Assembly (NCBI GenBank): GCA_013265495.1
Contig: MU057403.1
Coordinates: 124,001-188,000 of the forward strand
Direction of reading: 5' to 3'
Source of the DNA: Vicugna vicugna
Taxonomy: Eukaryota
DNA: 64,000 nucleotides
Position numbers and translations under genes: made by a program. Shown in pieces: positions 51,732 through 64,000 of this stretch (its first letter is position 1; each line of letters starts with the position of its first letter). The notes under the pieces were generated by a model. The model was given only the letters and a program-made list of their open reading frames with translations, was not told the DNA's origin and did not search any database.

Positions 51732-54115
51732 TGTTATGGGTTGAACTGTGTCCTCCCAAAAAGATACGGTAAAGTCCCAACCCCCGGATCTCAGAATGTT
51801 ACCTTTTTTGGAAATGGGGTTTTTACAGAAATTGTAAGTTTATAATGAGGTCATTAGGGCAGGTCCTGCCCCAATAAGACCAGTGTCCTTATAAAAAAGG
51901 AAAATTTGGAGACAGGTATGTACAGAAGGAAGACTACGTGAAGACACAAAGGAAGATGTCATGTGAAGATGAAGGCAGAAATCAGGGTGATGCATTTATA
52001 AGCCAAGCATTGCCAAAGATTGCCAGCAAACCATCAGAGGCTAGGAGGGAGGCCTGGAACCCCTCACAGCCTCACAGCCCTCAGAAGAAACCAAACCTGC
52101 CAACAACTTAATCTCGAACTTCTAGCTTCCAGAATGGGTAGACAGTACACTTCTGTTGTTTAAACCACCCACTCAGAAGTCCTCTGTTATGTCAGTCTTA
52201 GCAAATGAACAGATTTTGCTATAGGGAAGTGAGATACTGCTGTAACAAATACCAAAAAATGTGGAAGTGGTTCTGGAATTGGGTAATGGAAAGAGTCTGG
52301 AAGAGTCCAAAGATACACAATAGAAAAAGGCTGGGTCGCTCAGAAGAGACTATTAGCAGAAACATGGAAGTTAAAGGAGAGTCTGGTGAGAGCTCAGAAG
52401 GAAAAGAGGAGAGCTAGGAAAGAGTTAAAAGAAAAAACAACTATTGGGGGGAGGGTATAGCTTAGTGATAGAGCACATGCTTAGCATGTACAAGGTCCTC
52501 GGTTCAATCCCCAGTACCTCCATTAAAATAAATAAGGGGGGAGGGTATAGCTCAGTGGTAGAGTCCATGCTTAGTATGCATGAGGTTCTGAGTTCAATCC
52601 CCAGTACCTCCTCCTCCAAAAATAAATAAACCTAATTACCCCCCCACCATCCTGCCAAAATTTTAAAAAATTTAAATAATACAATAATAAATAAATATTT
52701 TAATAAAATAAATAAACAAGCCTAATTACTTCCCCCCAAAATGAGAACAAAAAAATTAATAAATTGAATTTTTAAAAAATCTCTATCACCCTAGAAGATA
52801 CAAATATTGTTATGAGCAGAAAGTTGGTAGAAATATGAATGTTAAAAGTGCTTCTGGTGATGTCTCAGGCAGAAATGAAGACCATGTTATTGGAAACTGG
52901 AGGAAAGGTGATCCTTTTTATAAGTGGAAGCAAACTTGGCTGAAAGGTGTTTTGTTGGGTAGAAAGTAGAACTTATAAGCAATGAACTTAGATGCTTCGC
53001 TGAGGAGATTTCTAAGCAAAATGTCAAAGGCTCTGCCTGGTTTCTCCTTGCTGACTACAGTAAAAGGCAAGAGACACACTGAAGAGGGAACTGTTAAGCA
53101 AAAAGGGGCCAGAACTTGAAGATTCAGAAAAATTCTCAGCCTATTCTGCAGAAAAAGAAAAAAAAAGCAGAAAAAATGAGAGAGCATGTTCTGGAGAGAA
53201 CTCTAAGGGTGTGGCTTGTGAATCCATTCAACCACCTCAGCATAAATACTGACAGCTTGCACTGAAGGGGGATGGGACGAAGCGAAGGAAGACTTCCGGG
53301 ATACAACAGGCAGGAAATAGGCTAATAGAAGCTATCTGGCTGCTAATACGTACTATCCTTCAAGGAAAGGGAAGAATGACTTGATGGTGCTTCGGATGCA
53401 AGAGAAGCTGCCACGGCCACCAGGGTCTCCCTTCTCAGATCCAGAGGGTGGGGCTGCTTCCCTTGGCCAACTGGATGGAGCCCCCACCCTGATGACCCCA
53501 GAGAACAGAGTGTTCAGGCACAGAGGTTTATTCTCAAGCCTTAACATTTAATGAAATTTGTCCTGCCAGGTCTTGGATTTGCCTGGGACCCATGACTTCT
53601 TTCTTCCTTCCAATTTCTCCACTTTGGAATGGGAACATCTATCCTATGCCAGTCCCACCATTCTATTCTGGAAGCAAGTAACTTGTTGCCTGGTTTTACA
53701 GGTATACAGGTGGGGAGGAATTTTGCCCCAAGATGAACTATATCCCAACCATTACCTATAACTGATGTGGATGGTTTAGATGATGAGTTTGGCGGCTCTG
53801 AGTTAGTCATGTTAGGAGAGATATTGGACTTAAGGTTGATGCTGGAATGATCAAAAGTTTTGGAGATGCTGGGATGGAGTGAATCTATCTTGCATATGGG
53901 AAGAATATGAATTTGGGTTCAGGGGCAGAAAGCTGACTGTTTTGGGTTCAGTTATGTTCCTTGAAAGAGACATGTTGACATCCCAACACTCAGTACCTCA
54001 GAATGTGACTATATCTGGAAATTGGATATTTACTGAGGTAATAAGTTAATATGAAATCAGGGTGGACCCTAATGTAACATGACTGGTGTCCTTATAAGGA
54101 AGGCAAATTTGAAGA
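51732..54115 (+). mobile_element. MaLR (MLT1-type) provirus: 5' LTR 51732-52211, internal region 52212-53937, truncated 3' LTR 53938-54115
   Basis: Two related LTR starts (tgttatgggttgaactgtgtcc...ctcagaatgt; tgttttgggttcagttatgttcc...ctcagaatgt). Internal region begins gattttg...ctgctgtaacaaatacc..aaatgtggaagtgg, as in MaLR-int. Confidence 0.8.
52446..52780 (+). mobile_element. Nested pair of tRNA-Ala-derived SINEs
   Basis: Outer head 52446-52523; inner full copy 52536-52703 flanked by TAAAATAAATAA; outer tail resumes at 52716 (cctaattac..cccccc). Confidence 0.85.
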
Positions 54116-54765
54116 ACCCTTGCCTACCTTTCAAGGCTCCCCACAGTCTGGTCTTAACTCTCCAATAATAACGCTCCCACTTCCTGCACTAGCCCTAGTG
54201 AGTGTATACTCTGTGCCAAGCACTGTGGGAAACCATTTCACACACATTACACGAACCCCACAACAGTGCTGGCTGAGTCGGGGATCATCCTATTTTACAG
54301 ATGGAGCAACTCATGAGGAAGTTTTCATTGATTTGCCCCACAGGTCCTACAGACAGAAGGTGAAAGATGAGTTCTAGCCCAGGTCTTTCTAATTCCAAAA
54401 CTCACACTTCGACCTGCTCTGCAACACTGCCCAGCTGAGCTCTCTCTACTCCCTCGTTTCTCAGCAAGTTGGTCTTCTCCCGCCCCTTAAAGAATTCATA
54501 GTTGTTCTTAACATCAAATCATTACTCATAGTCCTCACCCCCTATGGACCGTCTTCCCACTCCCATCTTTTCAAGCTCAGCTCAAATCCAGCTGTCCTTG
54601 TGAGACTTCCTCTGACTACTCCAAAGCACAGTGCCCTCTTAGGAAACCCGAGTCCACACACCCCGTGTATGGAACACCTGCTGAGTATGTGAGCAGATGG
54701 GGCGGGATAAGGAAGGAAGGAGGATGAATCCAAAAGGGTACCTTCCCTACTGTCAGTACTAAGTT

Positions 54766-54965
54766 GTTTGTTTTTGTTTTTTTTTTAGCATTTTTAGACT
54801 GATTTCTTTCACTGTGTAGGCATTAAATTTTTTAACATTTTTTATTGATTTATAATCATTTTACAATGTTGTGTCAAATTCCAGTGTAGAGCACAATTTT
54901 TCAGTTATACATGAACATACATATATTCACTGTCACATTTTTGTGTGTGTGAGCTACCGTAAGAT
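54766..54965 (-). mobile_element. Short young L1 3' end with TSD and an extra 3' segment
   Basis: Near-identical to 14528-14668 in reverse; flanked by tgtcagtactaagtt (54751) and tgtcaatactaagtt (54971). Confidence 0.85.
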
Positions 54966-55735
54966 CCTATTGTCAATACTAAGTTTTAATGACTCTCTTC
55001 TCTGGGCTAATGAAGAACTTGTGATGGGTCATATAATATTTACTGATTCAAGGTATATTGTTTAATACTACTTTCTAAGTTTTTTCACGCATAACTGTGC
55101 AGTCTCCACAGTAGACCACAAGCTTCCTGAAAAGGAAGACAAAATAGGCAGGTCTTCCCCCACAGTAGCCTGGGAACAATGCTGGTGGGAATGAAGACTC
55201 TGTGTAAGGAGGTAGTTTGGAAAAGTAAATAGAGGTCAGACAGTGGATGGTCGCAATGCCAGGTTAAGTCCTAGAATATGGTGACTGGTATACCTGATGT
55301 CTGCATGTGGTACTCAATAAATGTGTCCTAAAAGAGGAACTGAGTGAATGAGAAATGGAAACTGGGAGGAAATTCATTGCTGTTCGAAAAAACTCGGTGA
55401 CCTACTAGATTACTTCAACCTGGAGGATTTCTAGTGAAACTGCCATTTAACACATTTAGTAACTCTTGGGAGATGAGGAAGTCAGATGACACAAAATCAA
55501 GTGGGACATGTAGCATTTTGAATGACACAATCAGGATTTGGAAGACTGAAATTTATTAGAAAGTTTGGCTAAAACCAATATATAGGCAGACCTTGTTTCA
55601 CTGCACTTTGCAATAAATTGAAGGTTTGTGCTATCAGTGAGACTGCACTCACATATTAATAAGCCAGCCAGCCTCCAAGGAGCTGTCCAAAAGAGTAAAA
55701 GGTCCAGAAATCATAGGACAAGAATAATTGATGGA

Positions 55736-55816
55736 GGAGGGTTGGTATAGCTCAGTGGTAGAGTTCATGCTTGGCATGCACAAGGTCCTGGGTTCAACAC
55801 CTCCATTAGAAAAATA
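55736..55816 (+). mobile_element. tRNA-Ala-derived SINE with TSD
   Basis: ggtatagctcagtggtagag...gggttcaa; TSD aagaataattgatgga / aagaatagctgatgga. Confidence 0.85.
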
Positions 55817-57256
55817 AAGAATAGCTGATGGACACTGGAAAAGAGAAGACTTAACAGACTGGGATGCCATGTGGCTGAGATGGCAGAGCAGTGCAGCTAT
55901 CTTCAAATATTCAAAAAGCTTTAATACAGATACAGTGAGTTCAGTGAAGAAGTCATCCCTGGAGAAACAACTTTGGGAGTCATCATCATATAAGTGACAG
56001 TTTATATTACAAGAGCCGAAGAGAGTGCTTGAAAAGCAATAAAAAGGGGAAATCAAGGAGTGATAGGTAAAGATTCTGGTCATGGCCAAATTCACTGGCA
56101 TATAAAGGCGGGCAGATAAGATGAAGTCTACAAAGAAGACAGAAAGGAAGCTACATGGGGGCAGATTTTACTTGAATATAGGAGATAAGGAAGCCTATTC
56201 TCACAATTAGAGACTCAGGAAGTCATGAATTCCCTTTAAAATCAGAAGTAGACTATCTGTATTGTGAGAAACAATGTCATAGGTGAACTCTAAGGTGCCT
56301 TCCAGCTCGAGGATTCTGTGGTATAATGTCAACACTGAATTCTACAAGCAAGGGGAAGAATAGATTTCTACAGGTGGAACTGGCATGCAGACAACTTCTT
56401 TCAAGAACATTATTACTCTGTCAGCAAGGACAGGGAGGGAATGAGGGAGACAGAAGAAGCAAAAGTCAAGGACATAAGCTTGTGAAGGTTGCCTGAGTCC
56501 CAGCCTGTTCATCAAATACTCTTCATGCTTCCTTGACCAACAGCTGTCAGAACAAGTGATCTGACATCAGATCTGAACAGGTGAGAAGTTGAGGAACCAT
56601 GCCAGACACTCAAGCGTATGGTGGCCCTGGAAATGAGTGCCTACCTTGGCGAGGAAAACAGCCATGGAGTACAAGGTGCTGATGAAATAGAGATGAAAGA
56701 GGAGGAACTAATGGAATCTGGTGACTTACTGCATATGCTGGGAGAAGAAAGCAAAAGTGAGTACACTCATGCTGATTGACTAGAGATGGTGGGACAAGAA
56801 GAGAAAGCCTGAGGTCAAGTACGAGAAACTGGTATCTTCTGAGTGTTTCTGGAGATCACAGACACGCTGAGAGAAATGGCAGTGCTCTGGGAAGAAGTAA
56901 CTGTTAAGCACCAAAGTTGACTTCACGGTAACTCAGCCACGACCTTCTCAGAGGTGCTGGGAAGAGCGAGCTCTGTCTTCTCAGGTTAACCCATCACTTG
57001 TGTGTGCTGCTGTGGAACAGGAAGGTGCTCAGACCCTGGACACCCTGGGGTTGGTCTTTGCTCCACTACTCACCCGCTGTGTGTGGTCTTTGAACCTCTG
57101 GGCCCCAATTTCCTCATTTGTAAAATGGACATTGTAAGTGTTCGTATCCATAAAGGTCAGAGAATTAACTAAAATAATACAGGCAGTGTGTTGACAACTA
57201 TTCTTGGTATATAGTCATCATTCAATAAATATTTGCTCTTATTTTACTATGATGAC

Positions 57257-57468
57257 AACTATATTACTGCTATTACTGCTGCCACTGCTGCTGCCACTGT
57301 TACTACTACTACCACCATTACTATTACTACTACCACTACTATTACTACTACTACTACCACCATGATTACTGCTACCACTGTTACTACCACCACCACCATT
57401 ATTACTATTACTATTACTACTACTACTGCTGCTGATGCAGCTGCTGTCCCTGCTACTGCTGCTACTGC
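57257..57468 (+). repeat. Compound trinucleotide repeat (TAC/CAC/TAT/TGC)n at the tail of a MIR
   Basis: Directly visible; gives the spurious poly-Thr/Ala ORF at 57233-57475. Confidence 0.9.
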
Positions 57469-60400
57469 CCCCTAAAACAAATCAACAGCAAACCTTGAGG
57501 AATATGTTAAGCATTTAAACAAGGTAAAAATGTTCCAAAATGTGGGAGTCTTTCTAACTTGGCACTTCCCACGATTCCCGACATGTCATGATCTAAAGTA
57601 ATTATTCTCTGAAAGATGAGCGAATCCCTGAACAATAACCCTAGCTCCCACAGCAGTCCGGGGATCCCCACAAGTCCTCCAGGATGATTCTTCCCCAAGG
57701 TACCCTCCCCGTGGAAATCTGCCCCAGTTTCAGGCTGGATTTGAGGCTCAGTGGTATCCCAGGCAAGGATTCCTCTTATTTACTGGGATATACCACATAA
57801 TGTGGATATAAATAGCTTTCCTTCATTCCTCAAACCATTTCCCTAGGCTATTATAAATTATGACAGGCATCCCCATAAAGGAACAATCATTCTGAAAGAA
57901 TGAGGAAGTGTTCAGCAAGAGCACAGGAAAGAGCACTGGATTAAAGTTCAGACTCTAATGTTGATTTAGTGTGTGTGTCTTAAGCTCTCTGACACTGTTT
58001 CCTCCCTTATAAAATGGGAATTATGTGCACTCGGTCAACTTCACAACCCTGGTGGGCAGGTCAAGTGAGAAAATGAAACATAAAACCACTATGCATTTTT
58101 GCAAAATGCTTTGCAAGATATCCGTGAGATCACTTTACTCACCCTCATTATTCTCAAAGGATAAAAGAGACCTACAGCATTCTCTGGATGCATGGAGTAT
58201 CACTCATATAATTTTTTCAGTTTTATCATTTTTATCATCATTTCTACTACTTCTCAGAGTCACTCTGGGGATTAAACCAGATCACATTTTCAATGGAAAT
58301 ACTAAATTCAGCCTGAAGTAATAACACTGATACCCACTGAGTCCTCACTCTGCCTGGCACTGTGCTTGGAACTTTATATGCATAATCTTATACAGCTTCT
58401 TAAAACAGTCCATGAAGAACCTAGGTTGTCCCTGTTTTGCTCATGAGAAAACTAAACTTCAAAGAATTTAAATAACTCATACATGGTGTCACAGTCAGTG
58501 TCGAAGGAGGGATTTGAACTCAGGCCTGCACCTCTCGGCTGTCCTGCCAGGGCACACACTTCATTGGTTCTCGAATACCAGCCCCCTAGGGCCCATGGTG
58601 CCAGTGTGGACGTACAGAGAGGTTCTCAGATGGGCTTATCAACAGTTCATCTGTGAGTGCTAAGCATCTATGAAATATACCCAAGTATTCTTCAAAAATA
58701 ATTCATACTTTCAACCCCTACTTTTTATAGTAGCAATTACTTTTGCATCATCTCCATCTAGCAATCAGGTTATAGGACATATACCACATACATTAAAACA
58801 TCCTATACACAACTTTGGGGATCATGTATCATATTCAAATAGACATCTTTGGGGAAAATGCATCCTATTGACACGGTAGGAGTTGCATTTTTCTTGAAAC
58901 ACACATAGTATTCAAAATTAGAAAGAATAAAGGAAAAGGTAAACAAAATAGAAGAAATAGCACAGAATCAGACACCCCTGGGCTCACAAATCCCAGCTCC
59001 ACTGCTTACAAGCTTTATCACTTCACAAAGTTAATCATTCTTCAAGTTCTATTTCTTTATCTATAAAATGAGAACACTAGCACATACCTCACTGGGTTGG
59101 CATAAAGTTTAACAGCACAGAATGCACAAAGCTCCCAGAATAGCACCCAGGAACAACTTCTTCTTTTCTAGACCAGTGAGAGATAACAATATGATAGAGT
59201 TGATGAATGAGGCCATAAGGGAACAGTTTCACAGTCTCACTGAAATTACAGATAACCTGTTATCTATCTAAAACTATTCAGAGCCGCTCATGGCTGGCCA
59301 CACCCACAAACAGAAACAAAAGATTGATTGGAAGACTATCTCCCAAAAGAAATCACTGAAAGATGCATTTGTTGTGACAGCCCCAGATACCTTAGCAAAA
59401 GAAGAGCAGCTGGGCCAGATGAACCAAAACAAAACAAACAAACAGACAAATAACACACACAGCAGGGAGGAGAAGTGAAAAACTACTCTCTTCTGTACTT
59501 TCAACTGCTCCTGGAGATTGCTCGTCCTTCACAGAAGCAGTTTAGGGTAGGGTTACAAGTACCAATTATGGAATCAGATAGGCCTAGGTCCAAAGTACAG
59601 CCCTTTCACTCACTGGTCAGCTGACCAGGTAAGTTTCTTAACCTCTCTAATCATCAGTTTCCTCTTGGTAATAATAATGATAAACTCATAGAAAATACAT
59701 ACTTCACCAGGTGGTATGGAGTTAAATGAAACTCATATATAAATTTTATAGCACGTAATCAGGGATCAGTAAAGGGACAATTGTAGCTTAATAATAATAC
59801 ACGGTTAACAATGAGTGATATGGGAAGGTTTACTGCCTGAATGATATTCAGACCTATGGTCCTAGGGATACGAGCCAATATAAAAAATGATGAAAAAGCA
59901 CCTTCCTGGGCTGGTATGGCCAGCCTCCCCTTGGTTTACTCCTGTAGTCATGTGGACCGTTTCCCCAGTTTCTCAAAACTCTTCAGCCTGGCCAGGAGTC
60001 TTGGACAGTCCAAGCAACTCCTAGTAGGTGTGAGGGATGAAAGGCTCACTCAGCTCCAGTCCCAACCCTGAGCTGATCCTGAGGCTTTGGGTCAAGAATT
60101 GGAAAACCCATAAACCCCAGTAATGAAAGCAGTGCCAACCAGATGGTCATTTCCAGAAACCCCACAGGAGCTGGGCCCTCAGGGAACTGAAAGTCCCCAG
60201 GCCAGGCTGGGGAGCCACATCCGGTAGCAGGACCTAAGAGCACTTCCTGAATGCCACACTTCAGCCTCCCCCGGCTGCACCCTCCAACAGTATTTCTCGC
60301 TATATTGCTGTATCTATCATTTTTACATTTCTGCCCTGACTTGGGTTAAAATTCCCGGCTCCTCATTTTTCACAGGTGCTCTATGCTATTCAACTTTAAA

Positions 60401-61148
60401 GATCAGTATGAAAGAAAAATTTAACTCATCAAAGAAAACCAAAGAAATCCCAGACAATAAGAACCAGATCTGAAGATTTAAAAGGAAAAATATATTAGGA
60501 TAAGAGTCATTTATTCTCAATACCTTTACATGGATCAGTACAGTCATTAGCTAAACTGTTAGTTCAATCCATATTAAATCTTGATTTATGTAAAATATTT
60601 CTGTATTATTATTGAAGTACTTACCCTCCCCCCAACCAGGTTAACAGAATTTACTAACATAGCAAAGGGTTATTTTTTTAAATCTAAGAAAGGAACCAGT
60701 TTTCTTAAAAATCTCAATTGGTTAATGGTCACAGGACACAGAGCTACAAAATAATGCAATGTAAACATTTTAACATAGACATTGCTTTCAGTTTTACATA
60801 AAAGAAAAATTCTGTATTATAATCTTGCAATTGTGATTTCTGCAGATAAACTGTGATAACTTTGTGCAATTTAGTATACAGAGGAATTATTACAGCAGTT
60901 ACTACTCAGGATATCATTGATTCATGCTACCTCTTATGAACACATGTAATTTGTGATTATCAGTCAGTAAAAGTGACCCTATTAAAAATATGGAAGATAC
61001 CATAATATGAATGCATTTATAGAAATGGTGTATTACTCCGAATTCACCTCACATTATGTACATTTGTGCTGCGCTCACATCCTTACAGAGAGGACATGAG
61101 AAAATCTCTTTGAAAGCATCCGTGGAGTTCTCTAAGAAATCTACTTAC

Positions 61149-61405
61149 CATCCTATGACTTTTTGGTAAAGATGACGTTTCTTGAATAAGAGAACTTTCA
61201 CGGGAATCCATATCAAGATAGTCATTAAGGCTACATAAGCAATCGAACAGGAAACAATCAGCCAATAATGTGTTCTGTCCCGTGTATCCCTTGTGTTTTG
61301 ATCAGCAGAGGCAAACTGTTCCATCATCACGAGCGTGGGGATGGAAAAGGCAGCAAACTCAAGCAGCTCAAAAACCACGAACTTGACTAGTTTTCCAGAA
61401 GCCAT
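61149..61405 (-). CDS. TMEM236: TMEM236 exon 1 coding part (257 bp)
   Basis: aggATGg (strong Kozak); [31 protein letters not shown]...[40 protein letters not shown](W); donor gtaagt. The four exons sum to 1050 nt, an intact 349-aa multi-pass membrane protein. TMEM236 lies directly upstream of MRC1 in human. Confidence 0.94.
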
Positions 61406-61489
61406 CCTGGGGAAGGGTGTGTGCCTGGGGATCAAATGGTTCCCCTCTGACAGTGAGCAGCATATGGACACACAGATACAGAGCTGGGA

Positions 61490-61720
61490 TTAAGTTCCTT
61501 GTACTCGAATCACTAACCAGTGACTTTTTATTCTTTTATTGACCCTCATATGGTTCAATGATCTTCCAACTTAACAACCAAGGTCTCTTAAAGAAACAGA
61601 GCCACGGTGGAAGTACCACTTAATGTGTTTACACATCCATTATTCGAAGTCAACTGAACTTCACAACACGCTTGGGAGCATTGGTAAAAGTGAGTCTTTT
61701 AATGTAGTTTTTATTGCTAA
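61490..61720 (-). promoter_or_regulatory. Putative TMEM236 promoter
   Basis: Unique sequence upstream of exon 1, with CDX-type TTTATTG motifs (61535-61541, 61710-61716) and an imperfect HNF1-like GGTTAGTGATTCG (minus, 61506-61518). Inferred only. Confidence 0.45.
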
Positions 61721-62552
61721 TCCAAAAAAAATGTAATAGAACCATTGGAATAATATAATTTTACAGTTAAACGAGAGGAAGAGACATGATCTAATCCCCT
61801 ATTTTTATATCTAAGCTAATTCAGACAAAGAGAAGTACCTAAAACCAGAGTCTTATCTTGGAGAAGGACCCCTCAGTTTTCTTTAAAGTGCTTGAAAAGG
61901 GAGTTTGGATTCATTTTGCCAACTTCCTAACCAGACTTCTTCCTGGTGCTTGAAATATTTATTTGTTCTTGCACATTAATTGCTATGCAACGCAGATTAA
62001 CGTTATTTTTATTTTGCTGGTCAGTAAACTAACATGGCGATGTGCAGCCTGTTATCAGGATCAACACATTAAGAGTCATCTATACCTAGTCCAAAAGTGT
62101 ATCAAATATTTAAAAGACAGCAACATCTCCATGAATATCCTTCCTTTGGAAACCACTTTGAGGCACCGGCGCTGAGCATTCTGCTGGGTGTTGGGGTGCG
62201 ACAATGAAGGGGCGACAGGGGGTTCCTGCCCTGAAAATGCTCACTGTCCGTGGAGGAAACAAACCTGTGAGCAGAAAATAACTGAGGTGAGAACCATAGC
62301 CTAAATGAGATGGTAACACCCAGAACTTCTTCTTTGGGCTGTGGGAAGGATAGGGGTAATGAGGAGAGATGCTGGGGCGTCCGTGACATTTCAGGCGGAA
62401 AAAAAGAAGCAAGGAGGGTGGAGTAGTGGTGAGAGTCTGGTGTGGCAGCACATAGAGGAAAGTGATGCTGGAAAAATTGGCTGGGTCAGAACGACCACGT
62501 CCCATGAAGGATTTGGCGGGTGTGTGTGTGTGTATTTAAAAAGGTGTTTTCT

Positions 62553-63315
62553 TTTTTTCTTTTTTTTAATTGAACTATAGTTGATGTACAATGTTGTGTT
62601 AGTTTCTGGTTTGCAGCATGGTGATTCCGTTTTATACATATATATATGTGTATACATAGATATTCCTTTTCATATTCTTTTTCATGATAGATTATTACAA
62701 GATATTGAATACAGTTCCCTATGCTATACAGTATAAACCTACTGTTTATCTATTCTATATATAGTAGCTTGTATCTGCAAATCCCGAACTCCCAATTTAT
62801 CCCTGCCATCACCACCTGTCGCCCCTGGTAACCATAAGTTTGTTTTCTATGTCTGTGAGTCTGTTCCTATTTTGTAAATAAGTTCACTTGTGTCATTTTT
62901 TTAGACTTCACATATGACTGATATCTTATGATATCTGTCTTTCTCTTTCTGGCTTACTTCATTTTTAGAATGACAATCTTAGGTCCATCCATGTGGCTAC
63001 AAATGGCATTATTTCATTCTTTTTTTATGGCTGAGTCGTATTTTGTTTTATGCATATACAAACCACAACTTCCATCCAGTCATCTGTCAATGGACATAGA
63101 GGTTGCTTCCACACCTTGGCTATTGTAAATAGTGCTGCTATGAACACTGGGATGCAGTATCTTTTTGAATTAGAGTTTCCTCCAGATATACACCCAGGAG
63201 TGGGATTGCTGGATCATATGATAACTTTATTTTCAGTTTTTTAAGGAATCTACATATTGTTTTCCACAGTGGCTGCACCAAATTACATTCCCACCAACAG
63301 TGTAGGAGGTTCCTG
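62553..63315 (-). mobile_element. 5'-truncated L1 with 14-bp TSD, about 1.1 kb upstream of the TMEM236 ATG
   Basis: ORF2 end ([17 protein letters not shown]...YDPAIPLLG); TSD aaaaggtgttttct (62539-62552) and aaaacgtgttttct (63316-63329). Confidence 0.88.
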
Positions 63316-64000
63316 AAAACGTGTTTTCTGAACAGAGGAGTCACTTGACCATTTGCAAAAAGACAAAGTGCTGGTGTGAAGGCCGGGCAGTGGTGTTAAC
63401 TGAGAGGCAGGGAAGCCACCTGGGAGCCACAGAGGAGGCTGAGCTGGAGGTGAGAGCCTCACTGGATCAGATGGTGCAGGAGTGATGGGAGAGCCCTGCA
63501 TCCACCCTGACTCCTCCCCTTCCTACCTACCTGCGTTTTCAGATGGCTCTCCTGTGCCGGATGTCTGACTGACACAAGCCAGTACTTCTCTCAGCTCCTC
63601 TCTCCCAAGGCCCTTTGCAGAAAGAAGGGGCCCCGTGGCCGTCTGGCTCTCCGGATGCACCTAGAATCCTAGGGATGGCTCTGAGGATTATCACCTCCCA
63701 CCCTCCCGTGGCAGGATAATTAGCCACTTCCTTGAGCTGTCTAGTTACTCTTTTTGAACTTGAATTTCAAATCCACTGCGGTAGAGCAGAAGTCCTCTCA
63801 AATGAAAGAAGAGACTTGGAAGAAGGGTGGCAAGAATACGAAAGGCTTGGCAGAAAACATCTGAGCAGTGGTTCTGTTGCCAACTATTTCTAATATCATC
63901 TAATTGACATCAATTTTCCTTATCATCCCTGAGCAAAACTTCTATTTAAATGATACTAGAGACGTATCAGATTTCAGCCTCCAACGCTCAGACCTGAGTC

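Noticed and set aside
57233..57475. Mucin-like Thr/Ala-rich protein
   Set aside because: Translation of a trinucleotide microsatellite at a MIR tail; non-ATG start and no exon support.
61406..61471. 22-aa N-terminal extension of TMEM236 shown in the ORF track
   Set aside because: It starts at GTG, a bacterial-style call. The ATG at 61405 has strong Kozak context and matches the known N-terminus.
1..64000. CRISPR arrays, operons or prokaryotic defence systems
   Set aside because: Intron-exon mammalian DNA; no repeat-spacer arrays or prokaryote-like ORFs were seen.

Overview
Eukaryotic (mammalian) genomic DNA, not prokaryotic. The tRNA-Ala-derived SINE family present suggests a camelid (alpaca/llama/camel); this is an inference. 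Two spliced protein-coding genes lie head-to-tail on the minus strand. (1) TMEM236: complete CDS in 4 exons (61405-61149, 48721-48649, 45173-45035, 30577-29997; 1050 nt, 349 aa). (2) The 5' part of MRC1 (macrophage mannose receptor, CD206): exons 1-4 (20903-20843, 8932-8531, 5201-5028, 1179-1015), encoding the signal peptide, cysteine-rich ricin domain, FnII domain and start of CTLD1; the gene continues off the left edge. All introns are GT-AG and the phases join in frame. The rest is intron/intergenic DNA rich in L1, L2, MIR, LTR (MLT1, MLT2, LTR16-like), hAT DNA transposon relics, SINEs and microsatellites. Nearly all other ORF-track entries are repeat-derived or spurious. I found no evidence of a wholly new biological system. 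The best leads are: a phase-compatible TMEM236-MRC1 read-through splice next to an L1-disturbed acceptor; a 35-nt tailless U2 snRNA retrocopy with a perfect TSD; an unexplained intronic CpG-dense block; a SINE nested in a SINE inside a MaLR provirus; and a candidate L1 3' transduction. Repeat family names come from recall of consensus sequences and need RepeatMasker/Dfam confirmation.
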